From: a virus
Length of the DNA stretch: 64,000 nt
Reading direction: 5' to 3' (one strand)
Virus record (IMG/VR): IMGVR_UViG_3300043823_000671
Location: 1 to 64,000 of that record
Under the pieces are notes generated by a model. That model saw only the letters and a program-made list of their open reading frames with translations, did no database searches and was not told where the DNA came from. Each line of letters starts with the position of its first letter. The first letter of the stretch is position 1. The translations under genes and the position numbers were made by a program. Shown piece by piece: positions 20,968-30,344 of this stretch.

Positions 20968-21454
20968 AAACACGATTGTCTTCATCGGCTTCGCTTTAGC
21001 GCTTATTGCGGTAACTGCGATTTCATTTGGTTTGTATTCTTCAAAGCCAGTTGTGACCACGACGACAACGAGCACAACAACAACGACAACAAACCCGGTT
21101 ATCCAAAAGTGGAACCTGTGGCAGTCGGGATTTGACCCGCTTCTAACATCGACCGGCGCCGACTACATAAGCCTTCAAGCCGATTTATCTTCGGCAGATT
21201 TGAGTGGCTCTACGACGATGCTAACGAAACTCGCTTCGGACACACAAGCGCTTAGCGCCCAAGAGACATCACCAAGTGTTTCCGTAAATAAAGCAGTTGC
21301 AACCTACGTATCGGACCTGCAAAAACTCATAAACGACGGCAACACCCTTCTGGCTAATGGGCAAACCACAAACTTCCTTGTGGATGTTTCTGCTATCGCA
21401 AAAGACTCCACGGCGCTGACGACAGCACTACAAAATCCGCAGTTACCACAATAG
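20954..21454 (+). CDS. Membrane-anchored/secreted protein with Thr-rich linker
   Basis: N-terminal TM or signal segment, poly-Thr linker, helical domain. Confidence 0.6.
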   Translation: MKLTKNTIVFIGFALALIAVTAISFGLYSSKPVVTTTTTSTTTTTTNPVIQKWNLWQSGFDPLLTSTGADYISLQADLSSADLSGSTTMLTKLASDTQALSAQETSPSVSVNKAVATYVSDLQKLINDGNTLLANGQTTNFLVDVSAIAKDSTALTTALQNPQLPQ

Positions 21455-21463
21455 GATGTAGTT

Positions 21464-21646
21464 ATGAAGAAGTCTCTAGCCGTTCTGTTCAGCATCGCCT
21501 CGCTCACCTCCGCTGTACTGGCATGGGTGTACACGGGTATGGCGGTATTCCAAGAAAATATTATGGATGCACGAGTTGCTTTCGTAACGACTTGTTGTGC
21601 AATTGTCGGGAGCGTTATTTCCGGTTCCCTCAATGAGCAACGGTAG
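21464..21646 (+). CDS. Small two-TM membrane protein
   Basis: AGGA RBS; two hydrophobic stretches. Confidence 0.5.
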   Translation: MKKSLAVLFSIASLTSAVLAWVYTGMAVFQENIMDARVAFVTTCCAIVGSVISGSLNEQR

Positions 21647-22050
21647 TGGAAAGAAAGAAACCACTCAAAAGAACTCAATCGCTAAAAAGGGGAACGAGCG
21701 GGCTAAAGCGCTCTCCTTTGAAGAAGACTGAATCTGCGCTAAAAAGGACGCCGATTAAACCAGTAAGCGATAGGCGAAAAGAAGTAAACAAAAAGCGCAA
21801 AGAAGCGATGCTTGAACACTTTGGGAAACGGGAAACCTGGAAGTGCATGGGGCAAGAAAAGTTCCCACACAAGTGTTTTGGCGAAATAAACGGGCACGAA
21901 ATACTTTCACGCTCACGCTCCGGTCGCACCGACGAAAACCTGTTCGACATGACGGGGATTATCACCATCTGTAACTGGCTCAATTCTTACATCGAAGACA
22001 ATCCACAGTGGGCGCACGAGATGGGATTTGCCAAGCACGCATGGGAATAG
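21646..22050 (+). CDS. HNH-like nuclease with basic LKR-repeat N-terminus
   Basis: LKRT/LKRS repeats; C..C, HE..SR.R.G, C...N..I motifs. Confidence 0.55.
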   Translation: MERKKPLKRTQSLKRGTSGLKRSPLKKTESALKRTPIKPVSDRRKEVNKKRKEAMLEHFGKRETWKCMGQEKFPHKCFGEINGHEILSRSRSGRTDENLFDMTGIITICNWLNSYIEDNPQWAHEMGFAKHAWE

Positions 22051-22081
22051 GGATTCATAAATGGTGGGATAGCATTTTTCT

Positions 22082-22591
22082 ATGAGCGAAAACCCCTTCT
22101 CCCCCGAAAATCTCATCCCTACCTGGACGCAGGCTAATGAAATCCTCAAGGGCGACACGCCCGGACACCCGTTCCGAGGCAACCAGTACTCGTTCAATCA
22201 TGGTGCATCAACCCTCGCCAACCAAGCAAAAAAAGTTGGAGCCGTCACCTATCAAAGTGGTCACACAGGAACCGCCACTGAGCACGGCAACATCGCTTCG
22301 GGTCACCGTGAGGTAGCGAAGGCTATCGAGGACGGTATGCGTTATGGCAAAATCCCTGTCTCAAGGTGGGATGTTGCAAGGAAGGCTGTTGAAGCGCACC
22401 AGTTTGCGTCAAACCAACACCTCAATGCGTCAGGTGCCCATGCGAAAGTTGCACAACTTGAACTCAAGCCAGCAACGGGTAGCAAAATCTCCCAAAACCG
22501 TATGACCACTGCAGAAAACGATGCTTCTACTGCCTCACAAAACGCATCAGCCGCCAGCGACCTTGCTGAACGTCTTACACAAGAAATCTAA
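22082..22591 (+). CDS. Hypothetical protein with KGDxPGHxFxGNQ tag; Ala/His-rich helical body
   Basis: Tag encoded at 22148-22189; TAGCAT -10 box 6 nt before ATG. Confidence 0.75.
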   Translation: MSENPFSPENLIPTWTQANEILKGDTPGHPFRGNQYSFNHGASTLANQAKKVGAVTYQSGHTGTATEHGNIASGHREVAKAIEDGMRYGKIPVSRWDVARKAVEAHQFASNQHLNASGAHAKVAQLELKPATGSKISQNRMTTAENDASTASQNASAASDLAERLTQEI

Positions 22592-22602
22592 GAGGAACAA
22601 AG

Positions 22603-23553
22603 ATGACAAACCCCTTCTCCACAGAAAACTTGGTTCCAAACTGGACAGTCGCCACTGAAATCTTAAAGGGCGACGTGCCGGGTCACGACTTCCATGGCAA
22701 CCAGTGGACTGGTGGAAACGCTGGCGAACACTTTGACGGCTATAGCCCGATGGACACCAAGCAGACCCTCGGACAGATTGGGAAGATGACCGTCCTCTCC
22801 ATTTCAGGCGGACGTGTCAATGCTTTGCGTAACTCACATGGCGATACGGTTGGTGTAAACCTGCCTGTCAGCCACGGCTACGGCGTAAACGTTCTTCTCC
22901 ACCCGAACGACACATACACGGTTCAGCGCACCTTCACCCGTTCGGGAATAACCACGGTCAAGGGGCAAGAGGACGGCATCCACGCCGGAGAGATTAGCGA
23001 CACCGCTTACCGTGCTGGAATGTATCAAAACGTTGAGTTTGGCGGACACGTCAAAAAGGCGGAGCAAAGCGTTGCCAAGGGCGATGTAGCCGGACACCCA
23101 TTCCACGGGAACCAGTACACAATCTCATCGCAGGTTTCTGGAAATAACGTTGAGGGGAGCGACAGCAAAAACTACGTAGAGGGTCGCAACGGTGTATTCC
23201 GTAGCAACCTGAACTCCCAATACCACAAAATCCAACGAGGCGACACCCTCGATGCAATCAAGCAACACTTCTCGGGTCTGCGACTTCGCAACCGCCAAAC
23301 GGTCGAACTGACCAAAGGTTCTCCCGACGAGAGCAAGGTTGTCTGCAAGTATTGCGGTAGAAATAAGACCGAGCCTTCGCCCGACAACAGCAAGCCTGAC
23401 ACGGGGCGAGCGACCGTGACGTGGGACCCCAAGACAAAAGACTTCGTCCGCAATGCCGATGGAAGCGTTCAAGGACAGCACTACACGGAAAGTTGGGGCA
23501 ACACCCTCAACCAAATCAACAATCTTGGTATGCAAATGCGGGGACGCATCTAG
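22603..23553 (+). CDS. Two-module protein, each module preceded by a KGDxxGHxFHGNQ tag
   Basis: GAGG RBS; tags at 22666-22707 and 23077-23118. Confidence 0.8.
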   Translation: MTNPFSTENLVPNWTVATEILKGDVPGHDFHGNQWTGGNAGEHFDGYSPMDTKQTLGQIGKMTVLSISGGRVNALRNSHGDTVGVNLPVSHGYGVNVLLHPNDTYTVQRTFTRSGITTVKGQEDGIHAGEISDTAYRAGMYQNVEFGGHVKKAEQSVAKGDVAGHPFHGNQYTISSQVSGNNVEGSDSKNYVEGRNGVFRSNLNSQYHKIQRGDTLDAIKQHFSGLRLRNRQTVELTKGSPDESKVVCKYCGRNKTEPSPDNSKPDTGRATVTWDPKTKDFVRNADGSVQGQHYTESWGNTLNQINNLGMQMRGRI

Positions 23554-24101
23554 TGCGCCATCCCGTTGAGCCCTGCCAACTAATAACTCATCAGCACATC
23601 AAGCCAGGAGACACGGGATTCGCACGAACCAACGGTTTGCTGGGTCTGCTCATTCGAGTTGGTGAAAAGTTAAAGTGGCGAAACGGAAAATATAACCACG
23701 CATTTACCGTTGTCTCAGCCGGTGTCGACAGCAACGAAATTTGGATAGTTCAAGCAACTCTCCGAGGCGTAGTTCTGTCCCGCCTACAAGACCTAATGAA
23801 CACTTCAACAGTTATCGAAATCTTGCCCGCACCAAGCGGTGCTGACCGCAACAAGATTATTGAGTTTGCACACCTACAAGTTGGCGACGCCTATGGCGTT
23901 TTGTCGGACATCTGCATTGGCGTAGACATCCTTTCACCAGAGTGGTTTTGGTCTGTACGACGTAACGGAACGTGGATTTGTAGTGCGCTTGCGGGCGAGG
24001 CACTGCGCTACGGCGGTCACTATATCAACATCCCGGACGTTTATTCAAATACGCCAACACAGTTGTACGAGCAGTTGCTTGAAAGGGTGACGCAACCGTA
24101 G
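23553..24101 (+). CDS. Permuted papain-like (YiiX/YebB, NlpC/P60) enzyme
   Basis: GTG overlapping upstream TAG; IKPGD, YNHA, VGDAY, WICSAL (His precedes Cys). Confidence 0.7.
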   Translation: MRHPVEPCQLITHQHIKPGDTGFARTNGLLGLLIRVGEKLKWRNGKYNHAFTVVSAGVDSNEIWIVQATLRGVVLSRLQDLMNTSTVIEILPAPSGADRNKIIEFAHLQVGDAYGVLSDICIGVDILSPEWFWSVRRNGTWICSALAGEALRYGGHYINIPDVYSNTPTQLYEQLLERVTQP

Positions 24102-24132
24102 TACACTTCACTCCAAACGAGAGTGAGGCTCA

Positions 24133-24450
24133 GTGTCAATTTTCAAAAACAACGATTACGGGAAAAACGGAAAAGAAAAGTTCGATTTTCACGCAAAAGA
24201 AATGCACCCCTCGAACTGGCGTCGTAGCGAGCAAGAAAAAACGGAGCCGGTTGGTTTCGTCATTTATATCCCACATGAATGCGTCCTTCCATCTCGCTAT
24301 GACCACGAAAACGGGACAATTTTTCAGTGCCTAGGCACGAAGGTTGTGGATGAGCAGGGTAATACAAGAACCTGCGGAGACCGCCATGAATTGCAAAATG
24401 GCTCCTGGGTCCGAATCTACCGAGCGGGCTATGACGGACCTACCGCATAA
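24133..24450 (+). CDS. Hypothetical protein
   Basis: GAGG RBS; dense gene packing. Confidence 0.55.
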   Translation: MSIFKNNDYGKNGKEKFDFHAKEMHPSNWRRSEQEKTEPVGFVIYIPHECVLPSRYDHENGTIFQCLGTKVVDEQGNTRTCGDRHELQNGSWVRIYRAGYDGPTA

Positions 24451-24452
24451 CT

Positions 24453-24644
24453 ATGGCTAAAAAATCCGAGCCAAAGCCAAAAACGGAAAACGGTCATACT
24501 GTCCAGGTTGAGGAATACCACTCAACGATGCTCAATATGAAACTGTATCAACCGTACTGTAGTTGTGGCTGGGAAACAGCACGCTGGGCACGTCAAGAGA
24601 ATGCAGTGGCTCTAGCCAAAAAGCACTTAGCGGAAAGCAAGTAA
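24453..24644 (+). CDS. Small Zn-binding-like protein (CSCGW)
   Basis: H...CSCGW...H pattern common in actinophage small proteins. Confidence 0.55.
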   Translation: MAKKSEPKPKTENGHTVQVEEYHSTMLNMKLYQPYCSCGWETARWARQENAVALAKKHLAESK

Positions 24645-24681
24645 CCCCCCTACACAAAACACCAGGGGTAGGCTTGTATCC

Positions 24682-25173
24682 ATGACTATCGTGGTGGGCT
24701 GGCTGGACGGCAAAAACGCATGGATTGGTGGAGACTCCGGCGCATTCGGGGAGAGCACCGTCACCATCACCGCCGAAACAAAAGTTTGGAAAGCAGAAAA
24801 CTCCCTAATCGGTTTAGCCGGGTCTTTCCGCCAAGCAGAAATCGCCAAAGAAAGCGGGATAGGCGACCCATACGCACTACGTGACCACCTTCTAACAACT
24901 TGGGAAAACAGAAATAACGTACCCGAAGACTGGGGCGCAGAATTTCTAATCGTTACGCAAAACGAAATCTTTTACATCACCGATGACTTCGCTGTGGTTA
25001 GGAGCAAAGAAAAGTACGGCGCAGTGGGGATGGGTGATGGAACGGCGCTTGGTGCCCTTTATGCAATGCAGGGTGTAACAATGCAACCCAAAGACAGAAT
25101 AAGCACGGCGCTAAAAGCATCCGCAATGCACGGGAACTACGCAAGACCGCCTTTCAAAATCATTTCTCTATGA
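24682..25173 (+). CDS. HslV/proteasome-beta-like Ntn peptidase
   Basis: Thr at position 2 (MTIVVG), GGDS, KVW, AVG.G...ALGAL. Confidence 0.75.
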   Translation: MTIVVGWLDGKNAWIGGDSGAFGESTVTITAETKVWKAENSLIGLAGSFRQAEIAKESGIGDPYALRDHLLTTWENRNNVPEDWGAEFLIVTQNEIFYITDDFAVVRSKEKYGAVGMGDGTALGALYAMQGVTMQPKDRISTALKASAMHGNYARPPFKIISL

Positions 25174-25559
25174 AGCGCACGTATACGTTGACATACGAGC
25201 AACGTCCAGATTTCACTCTCAACAAAGAGCGCACTGTTCACCACATGAAAAGAGCGAAAGTTGTGAAAGAATGGAGAGGGGCTTTTTGCGAATTGGCGCA
25301 CGACTCTATGCTCCCAAGACTGGAAGCAATTGAAGTTATCGCACAGCCCTACGTCCAATCAGCAAAATACAGGCAAGACGTTGGTGCTTGTTTTCCGCTG
25401 GTCAAAGCATCCATTGACGGTCTTGTCGATGCCGGTGTACTCATCGACGATAACTCTAAAGTGGTCGTCAAATTAACGTTTCTGGCGCCCAAATATGGAC
25501 GTGATGCACTAGAACTAAAGATTATAGACACGGGTAAAACAAAGGAAAATGGGCGCTAA
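25170..25559 (+). CDS. rusA: RusA-like Holliday junction resolvase
   Basis: QDV...KASIDGLVDAGVLIDD motif. Confidence 0.75.
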   Translation: MKRTYTLTYEQRPDFTLNKERTVHHMKRAKVVKEWRGAFCELAHDSMLPRLEAIEVIAQPYVQSAKYRQDVGACFPLVKASIDGLVDAGVLIDDNSKVVVKLTFLAPKYGRDALELKIIDTGKTKENGR

Positions 25560-25654
25560 AATAAGGTTTCTCAACCCTCGGCAATAAACCCATGACCTAA
25601 ACTGGACACAAACCAGATACCGCACTACACTAAACCCCCAGAAAGGAACGACTA

Positions 25655-25921
25655 ATGCCTTCTTCTCAAGAACCAATTTCACCCCTTCCCGAGCGCAAGT
25701 CAGCAGACGCCGACACGCCCGAGATTGCCTCGCTACTGCAACACATCAAGGATGTGTCGCACCAAATGCGTGAGAGCGAGAAGAAGGTTGTCGAACTCGG
25801 CAAGGAGCGCCGTCAAACGGTCACCAGGCTTCGTGAAAAGGGCGTTACGTGGCGCAAGATTGCTGAGTGGGCTGGTACTACCGACCAGGCACTCTACAAG
25901 CACCACAACCGAGACAAATAA
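25655..25921 (+). CDS. Small HTH DNA-binding protein
   Basis: AAGGA RBS; GVTWRKIAEWAGTTDQAL HTH; promoter TGGACA-N17-TACACT (25603-25631). Confidence 0.7.
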   Translation: MPSSQEPISPLPERKSADADTPEIASLLQHIKDVSHQMRESEKKVVELGKERRQTVTRLREKGVTWRKIAEWAGTTDQALYKHHNRDK

Positions 25922-25968
25922 CTCAATCATGTTACTAAACCCTGCTACACTATTTGCAGGGAGAATAC

Positions 25969-28431
25969 ATGACACAAGTGGCGAACGAAGCGAAAGTAGA
26001 CGAACTCCTAGTTAGGGCAGTCAAAGCGGTTGCCAGTAACTGCGATGGGGCGACCGAACGAGACAGCATCGGATTCAACGGACCCGACTCAGCCTTCGGA
26101 AAGGCGCTCGCCGCCACACCTCCAGAAGTTTGGACAGCAGAAGTCCAGCGACGTGCATGGGAAATGATGCACAAATACCGCAACCAACTTTCGGATGCGG
26201 GAATTGACTACGACAAAATTGCAGAGCCGGTGGACAACGGACGTCGAGGCGAAATACGTTGCGTTGATGTCCGAGGCGGAAAACTATTTGTCTTTTTACC
26301 ATACGGCGATTCCGTCTACCCCCGCTCCGGCATTGGCGCAACGTGGAACCGTGAATATCGTGGGCACCTTATACCTGTAGCGAATTACGGGAAGGTCCTT
26401 GATTGGGCTATGCGAAATGGTCTGCCTGTATCCGACCAGGCGAAGTCGATTCTTCAACAAGCCGAGCCAACAAAAGTTAGTGCCGGTTCCGTAACGGTAA
26501 GAAACGGTTCCCTTGTTATCACAAGCGAATACAACCCCGCTTTGGTTGATGCAATTCGTGGGGTGCCATCACGCAAATGGGATGCAGAAAACAAAGTCTG
26601 GGTTTTCCCGCCAAGCATGATTACGTTGGTTCGCAAGATAGCCACAGAGTTCAACCTGCAATTGGGCGGTGACACAAACTCTTTTGAAGACGTTGAGGTT
26701 TCTTCGGGAGTAAGCATTTCGGTGCGGAACAGAATGTTTGCTTTGTCGTTCAACTACGACGCCCAACTTGTCTCTCAGGTTCGACAGATGCCGGGGGCAA
26801 AATGGTCAGCAAGCGACCGGGTCTGGCTAATACCCCTCGAAGCGTCCGAAGAAGTTTTTGTATTTTCACGTCAGTCTGAAGCGGTCATCTCCAACGAAGC
26901 AAGGGCTTTGTTTGGCGAAGCAGAAGAACTGCAAAAGATTATCGAGTCGAGCCAAGCCAGCGATGCTGAAATTGTTATCCCCGGTTTTGGAAACGACAAA
27001 TTCCAACTTTATCCATTCCAACGAGCAGGCGTTGCTTACGGCTTGCGAGCGATGGGGTATTCATACGACGGCGACCAATGGGTGCAAAACGTCGAGTCAA
27101 CTGGCGGAGTAATTATTGGCGATGAGATGGGTCTTGGTAAAACGAGTCAGGGTTTAGCACTACTAAAGGCGACCAACTCGTTCCCTGCCGTAATCGTATG
27201 CCCCGCAAGTTTGAAGTTGAACTGGAAGCGTGAAGCAGAACAGTGGATTGACGGGATTAAAGTCAAGGTGATATCCGGCACCAGTGGCGTTATGCCCGAC
27301 GCAGATATCTATGTAGTCAACTACGACATCCTTTCGTACTGGGTAGAAAAGTTCCCAACCATCCGAGGCATAGTTTTTGATGAAAGCCACTACATCAAAA
27401 ACCCACAGGCGCAACGGACAAAGGCATCAATTCGTCTGAGCGACAAAGTTGTCGATGGCGGAGTACGGGCTTGCCTGTCGGGTACACCGGTGGTCAATAG
27501 CCCGCTGGAACTACAACCGCAGTTGCGAGTAGTGAACCGCATAGAAGAATTCGGTGGTCGTAGTTTCCGCTCAACATACGGTCAGCCAAGTGCACGAAGC
27601 CTGGCATCACTCAACCGCAAGTTGCGCTCTTCTTGCTACGTGCGCCGTCGTAAGGCAGACGTTCTAACCGAGTTGCCACCGAAGCGCTGGAGTGAAGTAA
27701 TAGTAGAGGGCGACGCTGGCGTCATGAAGGAGTATCGCAAAGCGGAGAAAGACATTGTCGCTTACCTGACCGAACTTGCGCTAAAAACAGCACAAGAAGA
27801 AGGGGCAACAACCGAAGAAGCGAAGCACGAAGCATGGGTCAAGGCTCTCCGTGCTCGTAGCGCAGAACACCTTGTTGCGCTGTCAACGCTGAAGCAGTTG
27901 GCAGTAAAAGCAAAAATGAAAGTCGCCAAAGAATGGATTGAAGACTTTTTGACCAACGATAAAAAGTTGGTTGTGTTTGGCTGGCACCGTGATGTAGTCG
28001 ATGAAGTGGCGACAAACTTTAGCAACGGAATAAAAATCCAAGGTGGACTTAGCGCAGAAAAGCGCCAAGAAGCAGTAGACCTTTTTCAAAACTCCGATGA
28101 CCAAAAAGTTATTGCGTGCAATATAAAAGCGGCGGGCGTTGGTCTAACCCTAACTGCGTCAAGCGACGTACTCTTTCTTGAGCAAGGATGGACCCCAGGA
28201 GACATGGAGCAGGCGGTTGACCGGTGCCACCGTATTGGGCAACAAGACAGCGTTACGGGATGGTTGATGCTTGCACAAGACACCATTGATGAGGACATCG
28301 CCTCGCTTATCGACTCAAAAAGAAAAGTCGTAGACAAAGTGACAGATGGTCTCAGCGAAGACGAGCAGGAAGAGTCGATGGCTACGGAGTTGTTGATGGC
28401 GCTTGCACGGCGACACGGGGCGGAGGTTTAG
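25969..28431 (+). CDS. SNF2-family helicase (SMARCAL1/HARP-like)
   Basis: GGGAG RBS; Q motif LYPFQ, GDEMGLGKT, DESH, LSGTP, QAVDRCHRIGQ; repeated W-containing N-terminal modules. Confidence 0.9.
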   Translation: MTQVANEAKVDELLVRAVKAVASNCDGATERDSIGFNGPDSAFGKALAATPPEVWTAEVQRRAWEMMHKYRNQLSDAGIDYDKIAEPVDNGRRGEIRCVDVRGGKLFVFLPYGDSVYPRSGIGATWNREYRGHLIPVANYGKVLDWAMRNGLPVSDQAKSILQQAEPTKVSAGSVTVRNGSLVITSEYNPALVDAIRGVPSRKWDAENKVWVFPPSMITLVRKIATEFNLQLGGDTNSFEDVEVSSGVSISVRNRMFALSFNYDAQLVSQVRQMPGAKWSASDRVWLIPLEASEEVFVFSRQSEAVISNEARALFGEAEELQKIIESSQASDAEIVIPGFGNDKFQLYPFQRAGVAYGLRAMGYSYDGDQWVQNVESTGGVIIGDEMGLGKTSQGLALLKATNSFPAVIVCPASLKLNWKREAEQWIDGIKVKVISGTSGVMPDADIYVVNYDILSYWVEKFPTIRGIVFDESHYIKNPQAQRTKASIRLSDKVVDGGVRACLSGTPVVNSPLELQPQLRVVNRIEEFGGRSFRSTYGQPSARSLASLNRKLRSSCYVRRRKADVLTELPPKRWSEVIVEGDAGVMKEYRKAEKDIVAYLTELALKTAQEEGATTEEAKHEAWVKALRARSAEHLVALSTLKQLAVKAKMKVAKEWIEDFLTNDKKLVVFGWHRDVVDEVATNFSNGIKIQGGLSAEKRQEAVDLFQNSDDQKVIACNIKAAGVGLTLTASSDVLFLEQGWTPGDMEQAVDRCHRIGQQDSVTGWLMLAQDTIDEDIASLIDSKRKVVDKVTDGLSEDEQEESMATELLMALARRHGAEV

Positions 28432-28436
28432 GAAAC

Positions 28437-28470
28437 AGAAAACCCCGCCATTTTGGTGACGGGGTTTTCT
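28437..28470 (+). terminator. Intrinsic terminator
   Basis: AAAACCCCG..CGGGGTTTT stem directly after the helicase stop. Confidence 0.7.
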
Positions 28471-28545
28471 CTGCTGGACATTGTGCAGGTTGGGCGTTTG
28501 CCCAACACCAGAGTATCGGTTTAGATACCGCTTTTGTTTAATCCT

Positions 28546-28620
28546 TCTGGGGTCGTCTAATAGGCAAGACGGCGGGTTTTGGTCCCGCTAATCAGGGTTC
28601 GAGTCCTTGCCCCAGAGCCA
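28546..28620 (+). tRNA. tRNA-Gln(TTG)
   Basis: Acceptor TCTGGGG/CCCCAGA, anticodon stem GCGGG/CCCGC with loop TTTTGGT, T-loop TTCGAGT, encoded CCA. Confidence 0.92.
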
Positions 28621-28950
28621 AAACCAAGATTCAACTCAACCGTGGTATGGTTGACGGAGTAAAAGGAGAAATAATGATTGAACGTTTTTTCGACACCGTT
28701 CTCTATGCGCTGTGGTTCCTGTTCGGCTACTCAGTCGCTGTGAAGGCAAAAAAGGACAAGGGTGCCAACTAAGCAAAACAACCTATGGGCGGTAGAAACG
28801 CCTCAAGGACAGATGTTATTTCGCTTTGAAAAAAGCGCACTAATCGCAGAGGAATGCGTAAAAGAAATGAAGGGAGAAACATGGCAATTGTCATTGGAGT
28901 CATAGTCGTTTTGGCTAGTGTGTATCTATTATCTGGCGGAGAGGAAACAA

Positions 28951-29139
28951 ATGCCTGACAACAACGATTTCACGGAAATCGAAATAGAATTCTCTGAAGA
29001 AGAGGCAGAGGCTATTCGAAAAGCCTCATCCCTCAAGGGCGTAACGTTCGAAAAGTACGTTGAAGATGCGCTCGCCTCTTTCATCACCAGATGGAAAGAG
29101 AATGCCAATGGACAACCAGACTCCGAGACCGAGGGATAA
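28951..29139 (+). CDS. Small ribbon-helix-helix-like protein
   Basis: GAGG RBS; IEIEFSEEE..AIRKA...GVTF..YV. Confidence 0.45.
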   Translation: MPDNNDFTEIEIEFSEEEAEAIRKASSLKGVTFEKYVEDALASFITRWKENANGQPDSETEG

Positions 29140-29533
29140 AAGCCCCTGGGCTACCTCTACTCCGGGGTTGTCGCCAGAAGAAGTAACGAAGAGGATTAAT
29201 CAGAAAATGGTTGATTCGTTTGGGGACGACTACCCAACCATCTGGGCGGGAGCAGTGGCAATAGCCAGACCCAAAGGCGCTTCGATATTTGACTGGATAG
29301 AAAAGTTGGAATCAGCAAGGGCGTTGCCAACGTACCTTGAGCGCAGAACCGCACTCTACGAACTTATAGTCGAGTACGCAGAAAAACTGGAAAATCAAGA
29401 AGCACGTGAAAACGTTGCTAAAAAATTGGAAAGAGTCAATTTGAATCGTGAGATAAACGAGGATAAGTTTGACTACGAGTACAGAAGTACAAACGAAAAA
29501 AGGGAAGAGCAATACAAATGGTGGAACAACTAG
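29102..29533 (+). CDS. Hypothetical protein
   Basis: ORF in a tightly packed operon; start uncertain. Confidence 0.5.
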   Translation: MPMDNQTPRPRDKSPWATSTPGLSPEEVTKRINQKMVDSFGDDYPTIWAGAVAIARPKGASIFDWIEKLESARALPTYLERRTALYELIVEYAEKLENQEARENVAKKLERVNLNREINEDKFDYEYRSTNEKREEQYKWWNN

Positions 29534-29769
29534 GTGACTACTGGTGGGAAAATGCCTCATGCAAGGGCATGGATACCGAAATCTTTTTCCCCGAACGAGG
29601 GCGCTCGCACTTGTCGGAGCGAGTCATCTTTGAGGTGTGCGGTAACTGCCCCGTGCAGGAGAAGTGTCTTGAGTATGCAATTGAAAACGACTGCACCGTC
29701 GGATACTACGGTGGCGTCAGTGCTAGGAACCGTCGAGTTGCTCGTCAACGAAATGTTTGGGTCGCATAA
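29518..29769 (+). CDS. whiB: WhiB-family transcription factor
   Basis: W...ASC, FFP, C..CPV...C, GYYGG. Confidence 0.85.
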   Translation: MVEQLGDYWWENASCKGMDTEIFFPERGRSHLSERVIFEVCGNCPVQEKCLEYAIENDCTVGYYGGVSARNRRVARQRNVWVA

Positions 29770-29932
29770 TGGCTAAGTGGCGCATTAGGCACGATGCGAG
29801 GATTGCACGGGCTTATGAATCGCACATTATTGAAGCCCACAACATCAACCACGCAGAATCACTAATGCGAGCGACGGAAGACCTCGACTGGGACAGCGGG
29901 CGCTTCGATTGGACTATTGAAATGGTGGCTGA

Positions 29933-30322
29933 GTGAGCGAAACGGTTGGACGCTGGACCATAGACGCAAGCGGGAAACTCGTAGCGGTGCGGGGGGCAAG
30001 GAACAGCACCGGCTCTCCAGGCGAGCACGGCACTGCGAATATGTACTTCACCAAAAAGTGCAGATGTAAACCCTGTCGCAAGGCGGCAACTGAGTACAGC
30101 AAGATGGTTCGCTATCAGCGCTATGCGACACCATACGAAAAAATCCCACACGGCACAAAAAACGGGTACTGCAACTACGGGTGTAGGTGCAAGCCATGCC
30201 TCAAAGCAGTGCAGGCGTACAAGAAAAAGTACACACAATCACCAGAGTCAAAGAAGCGCCAGAACGAAAAGCGAAACGAGAGACGTCGCTTGCAACGGGA
30301 AGCGCTAAGGGGCGCCAACTAG
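29933..30322 (+). CDS. Protein with two HGT..Y...CRC..C Zn-binding-like repeats
   Basis: EHGTANMY..KCRCKPC and PHGTKNGY.NYGCRCKPC. Confidence 0.65.
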   Translation: MSETVGRWTIDASGKLVAVRGARNSTGSPGEHGTANMYFTKKCRCKPCRKAATEYSKMVRYQRYATPYEKIPHGTKNGYCNYGCRCKPCLKAVQAYKKKYTQSPESKKRQNEKRNERRRLQREALRGAN

Positions 30323-30344
30323 AACCCCGTTGTAGCATTGATGC

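Noticed and set aside
28546-28620. tRNA as prophage attachment site
   Set aside because: Phage genes on both sides, no integrase and no duplicated tRNA 3' end seen
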